DNA of 64,000 bases from Guillardia theta CCMP2712 (Eukaryota > Protista > Cryptophyta), in NCBI RefSeq assembly GCF_000315625.1, contig NW_005434673.1, positions 334,270 to 398,269 on the forward strand, written 5' to 3'. Under the pieces are notes generated by a model. That model did no database searches and was not told the origin of the DNA. It saw only the letters and a list, made by a program, of their open reading frames with translations. The translations under genes were made by a program, and so were the position numbers. Of the stretch, positions 59,101-64,000 are shown piece by piece (the stretch's first letter is position 1; each line of letters opens with the position of its first letter).

Positions 59101-62100
59101 TCTGCTCCGAGGTATTTGTCGCAGATGCAAGTTCCGTTTGCCTGACAGGTTCCCCTTTGCCAGCAGGAGTTCGGACATGATACGCGATCACAACCTGGCC
59201 CTTCGAACCCTTTGTCGCATACACAGGTTCCATTCACACAGTTTCCATTCACGCACAAGGCACAATCAAGGCGAGAAAAGTTCAAAGCCACAACATACAC
59301 GTAAACCGAAAGCTTCACCGTCCACTTCTGACCATCCCATGATGGAGCCGTCGCCTTCACGTACTCGTCGCTCCCCAGCCGCCATGCCTCTCCCGATGGC
59401 GCTCCCCCATACTCAAAGCTCACCTCCTCCTCCCGCTCCTCCTCTCCGTCGATCGGTAGCCACCCCGCCAAGTGCGTCACACGCCCGCCTGCGTCGCCCA
59501 GCTCGTACACGTACGCGCTAGAGTCTTCTCGCACGACCCCGAGGAAGCGCTTGCTCCCCAGCGTCTCCACGAAGATCTCCAGCGCCCGTAGCGCCATCTT
59601 CTCCTGGTACCCTGCGCTCCCGGAGCTCACCAGCCCGGACCTCGAGAAGAGCCCCTTCGTCCTGTCCCAGTCTTGCAGCGAGATGGCTGAGTTCCCGTAA
59701 AAGAACCACGTCAGCCTCGCGTACCCCTTCCTCGCCAGCACCAGCGCTCCTCGTACCGCGTAGATCGCCTGGCTCCGCTCGCTCACACACTCCGGGAACG
59801 GCGGATCTGTCGCTCTCTCTGCCGGCGGGTCGCACGTCTCCCCGCCCCCAGCTGAGTCCCACCCGTACTCCGTCAAGTAGATCGGCAGCCCGGGGGCGTT
59901 CCGGTCTCTGAACCGGAACATCCAGTCCGCCGCGTGGATCGACGACATCGGATGCTCCGGGTGTACTCCCTTCCGCCCTACCGTGGTCTGCACGTAGCTG
60001 TACAGGTGGGTGTTTAGCCCGTCTAGGTACTTGATGTGCGTCTGGTTGATGCGAGACAGCGTGTCGCTTGCGCCTGCGAAGGTTGCCGGCAGCACGCGCA
60101 TCAGCGGGTCCGCCTCCTTGGCTCCCCTCGCCATGCCCAGCAAGATGTCGCTGTAGAAGCGCGGGTCCTCGTAGCCCTTCTGCACCATCCAGGGCTCGTT
60201 GCCGACCTCAAGTGTCGACACGTCGCCGGTACCGCTGGACCGACCGAAATGCTTTGCGAAAGCGAAACCGTATCGGTAAGCAGCGAGGTAGGGGCTATCC
60301 CACACCCTCTGAGGGAACATGTCGCTGGTGAACTGTATGCAAGTGATCACGTCTTTGAGAACAGCCTTCCATGTCGTGTACTCTATGTCCCAATTCAACC
60401 AGTCCTGATTGAGCTTGCTAGAGTGACCAGGATTTTCACCATAGTCTGTAGATCCACGCGCTACCATGTCGCTGAATGGAGGGACAATATCAGGATCAGG
60501 CACGTCCCAGTTCCAGTTGTGGTAGTTCCTCCCATGCCTGCTCATATTCTTGTACATCCACAAGCCTTCGCCTCTTGGTATACTCGACGAGTACATGCTC
60601 CGACTCCAACCCCAGATGCCGTTGACCCCCAGCAGATCCCTAAAGTCCACCGCATTCTCCCGTACTGGTGGCTTCTCCCCCCACCGCCCTGCCTCCCCCC
60701 ACGCCGTTATCTCCCACACGTACACCTTCATCGCCACTCCCTCCTCCAACACGTGCCTCACCCGTATGTACCTCATCGCCTCCCCCGGCTCCAAGGCCGT
60801 GTCTAGGGCCCCGATCAGATACGGGTCGACCCCGTCTCGCAGTGTCTTCCATGTCTCTCCGTCCAGGCTCGTCTCGTACACCGTGTGGTTCACGCCGGCC
60901 GTTGACCCTGCCCAGTGTCGTATCGAGATCGCCGACACTGTCTGCACCGTCTCGAAGCTCACGGTCGCGTACTCCATGCATGGGCCCGACCTGGCCGACA
61001 GCTCGAACACGTTCATCGACGACGAGCTCTCAAGCCGGATCGCTACAAACCTCCCTGCCCCTGACCCTACCCGCAGATCCGCTACCGTGTACGACGATGA
61101 CGTTGTCGCCAAGCTGACCCAGCTCCCGCCCGCGTCCTTCCCCTTGACGACTACCTGTGTCGAGGCGCTCGAGGTCACCTTGATCGTGATGGCGACCAGT
61201 GCCGACGCGCTCTGCAGGCTGACCTCCAGCCATGCCTGCCCGCTCGCCCCGGCTGATACCGATGCCGCGCTCGATGTCGACCCGTCCGTCGCTGCTGCCA
61301 GGCTGCCGCTGGTGGAGCTGTTGCACCTCCCGGCTTCCTCGCAGGCGTGGAGAAGGATGTTGACCTCCGCGTACCCTACGTAGCCGGTCGGGTAGCAGGT
61401 CCCACTCTGCCAGAAGCCTCCGCTTCCATCGTTGCCGTCGATGACCTTGCCGCTATCGGAGGGCTGGGAGCTTGTTGAGGCTGTGGTGGAGTTGAGTCTG
61501 GTGAGAGGGACGGGGACGTAAGAAGCAGGGTTCCAGTCTGGGGGGTCTGTAGCATGCATGAGAGCGCACTCGCCCAACGTCTTTACACATGCTGAATTGT
61601 TGCAAAGGAATGGCTGTGACGGCGGGCATCGTGAAGATTCCTGGCTCTTGTAGAATGAAGTTAAGTGTGGGTCTTTCCTTGCCTCGTCCTTTATCAACAT
61701 GGAGTAGTTCAAGACCGAGATGGAATGGCCGGATACGTTGTACGTCACATACCTGCAATCGGCTCCTGAAAAGGGCTGTTCGCAGATACACATTGAATCC
61801 GAACACACGCCATGGCCAGAACAGTCTGACGGACAGAGAGTCTGGTTGCAATTCGTTCCCGCGAATCCGGGAAGGCACTTGCATCTGCCAGCTACACATT
61901 GTCCGCCATTTTCGCAGGGTACGGAACAGGAGGGAAACGAACAATCTATCCCACCATACCCCGATTCGCACTCACAGTGAGAGCTCTCCTGGGACGCGGT
62001 GCAGGTGCCATGGCCTGAGCAACCATTGAAGCAACTCTCTTTGGAAGCATTCTTCCCGAAGAATTTGATGTCTTTCACGTAGACTTTCGTCCAGACGCTG

Positions 62101-62996
62101 CTCGGATCGGTCTCGAACCTTACGGACGCAAACCGGGCCGTCACGTTCGGAACGAAGTCTGAGGTGTATCCTTTGATCACGTTGTCAACAATGTTCTGGA
62201 CAAACCAAAAATTATTTCCGTCTGTGCTGAAGCTCAAGTTTGCACGAGTGGAACCAGAGAAATCTGCCTGCAGAGAGCTTATCAAGAAATAATCCCCAAG
62301 GTCCATCGTGACTTGTTCGAAACAATCGATCCTCTGGGCAGCGATCTCAGTGACTACGATAGTGATACAGTCGCCGACTCCAGCATAACAGTATCCCAGC
62401 ATTCGTCCGTCTCTGCTTGCAACATTGATATGGATGGATCTTATTGGTTTGTTGGGGAGATTGTAGATCATTATCTCGTTATAGCTGTCAGAGGGCTGCA
62501 GGGTTCTCAACAAGACTTTCTCCTGGTCTTCTGTGAAAACATATAGTTTTGTATCGACTGCCCAAATACCGCGAATATACACTGAAACCAACCTCTCTGG
62601 CCCTGTCGAAAGCGGGAAAATCGCCCAAGACATCCCCGCAGCATGGTTGGCTTCAATGGTAGCCCCTGTATATTGACTGTTGTCGGTAGCTTTTTGCAGT
62701 TCAGATCTTTGACAATCACAACTTCCACTACATAAACCATCCGCACAAGCGTTAAAAAGTGCATTAAACACTGAATTCATGCGCCAACTTCCCGATCTAC
62801 AAGGGTTCGCCACCCAGTTTGTGTTCCAGTCTCCATCTGCAGCTGCCTGTATCGCCCCTCCTTCACCTGCTGTCGGCCATGGCTGTACAGAGTGCACGGG
62901 CAAATAGGAGGATTGCGAGCTGATGGGAACACAATACGATGAGAGCAAGACCCAGGTTAATGCGATGAAATCCAGGAAGCTTCGATGCGACTTCAT
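56136..62996 (-). CDS. Secreted ~2,300-aa protein: nested F5/8C (discoidin-like) modules, tenascin-type EGF repeats and two clan GH-A-like glycoside hydrolase domains; true 3' end may be spliced
   Basis: Signal peptide from ATG 62996 (MKSHRSFLDFIALTWVLLSSYCVPISS). EGF repeats CSGHGTC...CECESGYGGIDCS. Discoidin-like IDGN...W / YETSLDGETW / RYIRVRH / VWEITAWG. Two copies of LEVGNEP (acid/base) and IYLTEYGW (nucleophile). Confidence 0.85.
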   Translation of the reverse strand: MKSHRSFLDFIALTWVLLSSYCVPISSQSSYLPVHSVQPWPTAGEGGAIQAAADGDWNTNWVANPCRSGSWRMNSVFNALFNACADGLCSGSCDCQRSELQKATDNSQYTGATIEANHAAGMSWAIFPLSTGPERLVSVYIRGIWAVDTKLYVFTEDQEKVLLRTLQPSDSYNEIMIYNLPNKPIRSIHINVASRDGRMLGYCYAGVGDCITIVVTEIAAQRIDCFEQVTMDLGDYFLISSLQADFSGSTRANLSFSTDGNNFWFVQNIVDNVIKGYTSDFVPNVTARFASVRFETDPSSVWTKVYVKDIKFFGKNASKESCFNGCSGHGTCTASQESSHCECESGYGGIDCSFPSCSVPCENGGQCVAGRCKCLPGFAGTNCNQTLCPSDCSGHGVCSDSMCICEQPFSGADCRYVTYNVSGHSISVLNYSMLIKDEARKDPHLTSFYKSQESSRCPPSQPFLCNNSACVKTLGECALMHATDPPDWNPASYVPVPLTRLNSTTASTSSQPSDSGKVIDGNDGSGGFWQSGTCYPTGYVGYAEVNILLHACEEAGRCNSSTSGSLAAATDGSTSSAASVSAGASGQAWLEVSLQSASALVAITIKVTSSASTQVVVKGKDAGGSWVSLATTSSSYTVADLRVGSGAGRFVAIRLESSSSMNVFELSARSGPCMEYATVSFETVQTVSAISIRHWAGSTAGVNHTVYETSLDGETWKTLRDGVDPYLIGALDTALEPGEAMRYIRVRHVLEEGVAMKVYVWEITAWGEAGRWGEKPPVRENAVDFRDLLGVNGIWGWSRSMYSSSIPRGEGLWMYKNMSRHGRNYHNWNWDVPDPDIVPPFSDMVARGSTDYGENPGHSSKLNQDWLNWDIEYTTWKAVLKDVITCIQFTSDMFPQRVWDSPYLAAYRYGFAFAKHFGRSSGTGDVSTLEVGNEPWMVQKGYEDPRFYSDILLGMARGAKEADPLMRVLPATFAGASDTLSRINQTHIKYLDGLNTHLYSYVQTTVGRKGVHPEHPMSSIHAADWMFRFRDRNAPGLPIYLTEYGWDSAGGGETCDPPAERATDPPFPECVSERSQAIYAVRGALVLARKGYARLTWFFYGNSAISLQDWDRTKGLFSRSGLVSSGSAGYQEKMALRALEIFVETLGSKRFLGVVREDSSAYVYELGDAGGRVTHLAGWLPIDGEEEREEEVSFEYGGAPSGEAWRLGSDEYVKATAPSWDGQKWTVKLSVYVYVVALNFSRLDCALCVNGNCVNGTCVCDKGFEGPGCDRVSCPNSCWQRGTCQANGTCICDKYLGADGQGLYQLCQPEDFYQKGNCRDSPIEFDPAHACEIVRCPNNCNGHGECTKLGCVCNVGWSGDHCDQQPCPYNCRSHGVCTNGSCVCRQGFVGDSCEWPDQFLPSQVCDNSHPVLCNNGICSKSRGECALMHATDPPDWNPASYVPVPLTRLNSTTASTSSQPSDSGKVIDGNDGSGGFWQSGTCYPTGYVGYAEVNILLHACEEAGRCNSTSGSLAAATDGSTSSAASVSAGASGQAWLEVSLQSASALVAITIKVTSSASTQVVVKGKDAGGSWVSLATTSSSYTVADLRVGSGAGRFVAIRLESSSSMNVFELSARSGPCMEYATVSFETVQTVSAISIRHWAGSTAGVNHTVYETSLDGETWKTLRDGVDPYLIGALDTALEPGEAMRYIRVRHVLEEGVAMKVYVWEITAWGEAGRWGEKPPVRENAVDFGDLLGVNGIWAWGGQGWSNLARDGWGPRRYTKMAKHGRNYHNWNWDVPDPDVTPDYEKMSCGLGTNALWWLDWSWEYPGWKAADLEVHTCLQFTSDMFPQRVWDSPYLAAYRYGFAFAKHFGRSSGTGDVSTLEVGNEPWMVQKGYEDPRFYSDILLGMARGAKEADPLMRVLPATFAGASDTLSRINQTHIKYLDGLNTHLYSYVQTTVGRKGVHPEHPMSSIHAADWMFRFRDRNAPGLPIYLTEYGWDSAGGGETCDPPAERATDPPFPECVSERSQAIYAVRGALVLARKGYARLTWFFYGNSAISLQDWDRTKGLFSRSGLVSSGSAGYQEKMALRALEIFVETLGSKRFLGVVREDSSAYVYELGDAGGRVTHLAGWLPIDGEEEREEEVSFEYGGAPSGEAWRLGSDEYVKATAPSWDGRSWSIKLSVYPIVVEVLSSLPLPPSLSATSRSNRQLFFSFQWLTLCRRYRHCSYPLSWKQVASNVTALENRLPSHSFSWLLMWISVTSSLVGWEHFSFPVRWKFGCAPSIIHVQWRYSNLATELVTND
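56527..61574. repeat. Intragenic direct duplication with near-identical blocks (period about 2.8 kb)
   Basis: 56527..57527 matches 59335..60335 (offset 2808). 57770..58730 matches 60611..61574, with only two substitutions and one 3-nt indel noticed by eye. Confidence 0.95.
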
Positions 62997-63399
62997 CGCG
63001 AGACTACTCGGTTTCCGAGCGAAGGTGAAAGCCCGGCAAGCAAGCTTGCACAGCTTTACAAGGAAGGGCCTGAAAGAGCAGATAGTGAATACAATCCTCT
63101 TATACATGTACAAAATCGACCATGCTTGAAAAAAGTTTCTTACTCCTTCACTTCTTGCAAAGTTTCATAGAGTCTCGGTCAACATCAAGCTCACTAAACT
63201 TTAATCTCCTTTCCTCAATTACATTTACACAGCCGCTCCATGCTCATCTGACCTGCGCTTCTTACCACTACCTCCTTGTTATTCTGCTATTTTGTCCTTG
63301 TCTCCTTCTCATCCCCCTCCTTCGCCCCCGCCCTCCCCCCCCTTCTCCTCTGCCTCTTCCTTGCTTACCGAAAGTTTCCTGCATGAAGCGAACCCTCCC

Positions 63400-63770
63400 C
63401 CAAGTTTTCAACAACATGGTGGGGGTAGTCACCCCACCTTTATCTGGCTGTTTTTTCGCATTATCACCGGTACTTTGGTCTATGATTGGAGGGGGTATAT
63501 CGAATGCGAAACTCAACTTCACTGGGTAGGTCATTGCAATCTAGGGGTGGGGTAGGGGTGGTCAGTGATACAGGGTCAAACTGATGACGGATGACCACAA
63601 TCATGAGAGTTTTCGTGTAAAGTTGGGGGTCAGGTCTCCCTGGATGATCGTGGGGAAAGGGGGGTAGGGGGGGTGTTCGAAGAGTTTGCTTCACTCCTGT
63701 CCGTCCGGTCGGCCCGGCCCGGAATCGTTCGGAATTGCCCCGAGGCCCCGGCCCGGCTGAACTCAAAAAA
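63400..63770. other. GGGGTA-rich then CCGG-rich tract upstream of the glycoside hydrolase gene
   Basis: Same bipartite composition as 44860-45600, with the GGGTA part nearest the gene start. Confidence 0.5.
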
Positions 63771-64000
63771 GTCGAATTATCAGCACAGTACGGTAGAAAT
63801 GATGCATGGCGATGGGGATCTGATCTGCTGCTGCGCCAGCGACATGCGCCCGACCCCCGCCATGGCAGCCCATGATCTCAGCCCTCTCTTGGCAATGCAG
63901 CACGAGATGCTGGGCCGAATCTCATTGTCCTCTTCATGTCCATCCATATCATTTGTCGAGAGATCCAACAAAGTGTTTGAAGGCGATCATAAGCAGGGTA

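Noticed and set aside
57228-61383. Long plus-strand ORFs duplicated within the glycoside hydrolase gene
   Set aside because: Antisense shadows of GC-rich codons, duplicated along with the sense gene.
3122-62996. Possible glycan-sensing gene cluster (LysM x2, C-type lectin receptor, YvcK-like, glycoside hydrolase)
   Set aside because: Genes are dispersed among unrelated housekeeping genes, with no sequence evidence of co-regulation.
63780-64000. Possible 3' end of a minus-strand gene at the window edge
   Set aside because: Too short and no recognisable motif.

Overview
Gene-dense eukaryotic nuclear DNA with many short (about 45-60 nt) GT-AG introns. The style suggests a cryptophyte alga such as Guillardia theta (inferred from intron size, bipartite plastid presequences and flagellar genes; not verified). 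Gene models were spliced by hand, so exon boundaries are approximate. Contents in order: a protein with an ABAB ~100-aa repeat; two paralogous secreted IPT/TIG + 2xLysM proteins flanking a full-length outer-arm gamma-type dynein heavy chain whose AAA1 catalytic motifs are degenerate; a small MIB/HERC2-like protein; a plastid-targeted cyanobacterial-type protein; a divergent Orai-like channel; a head-to-head pair of paralogous microproteins; a SHAQKYF-class MYB; a 70-aa microprotein; a Kelch/C-type lectin/IPT membrane protein; an RlmI-like methyltransferase; two unknown secretory proteins; a YvcK/CofD-like gene whose 2.4-kb intron holds a decayed Crypton-like transposon; UTP11; and a ~2,300-aa secreted discoidin/EGF/double glycoside-hydrolase protein. 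The two hydrolase modules are nearly identical in DNA except for a variable cassette in the catalytic barrel. Scrambled CCGG-rich palindromic tracts lie upstream of several gene starts. No rRNA, tRNA or CRISPR was seen. Best leads: the probable pseudo-motor dynein, the variable-cassette glycoside hydrolase, the intronic Crypton relic, the Orai variant and the microprotein pair.
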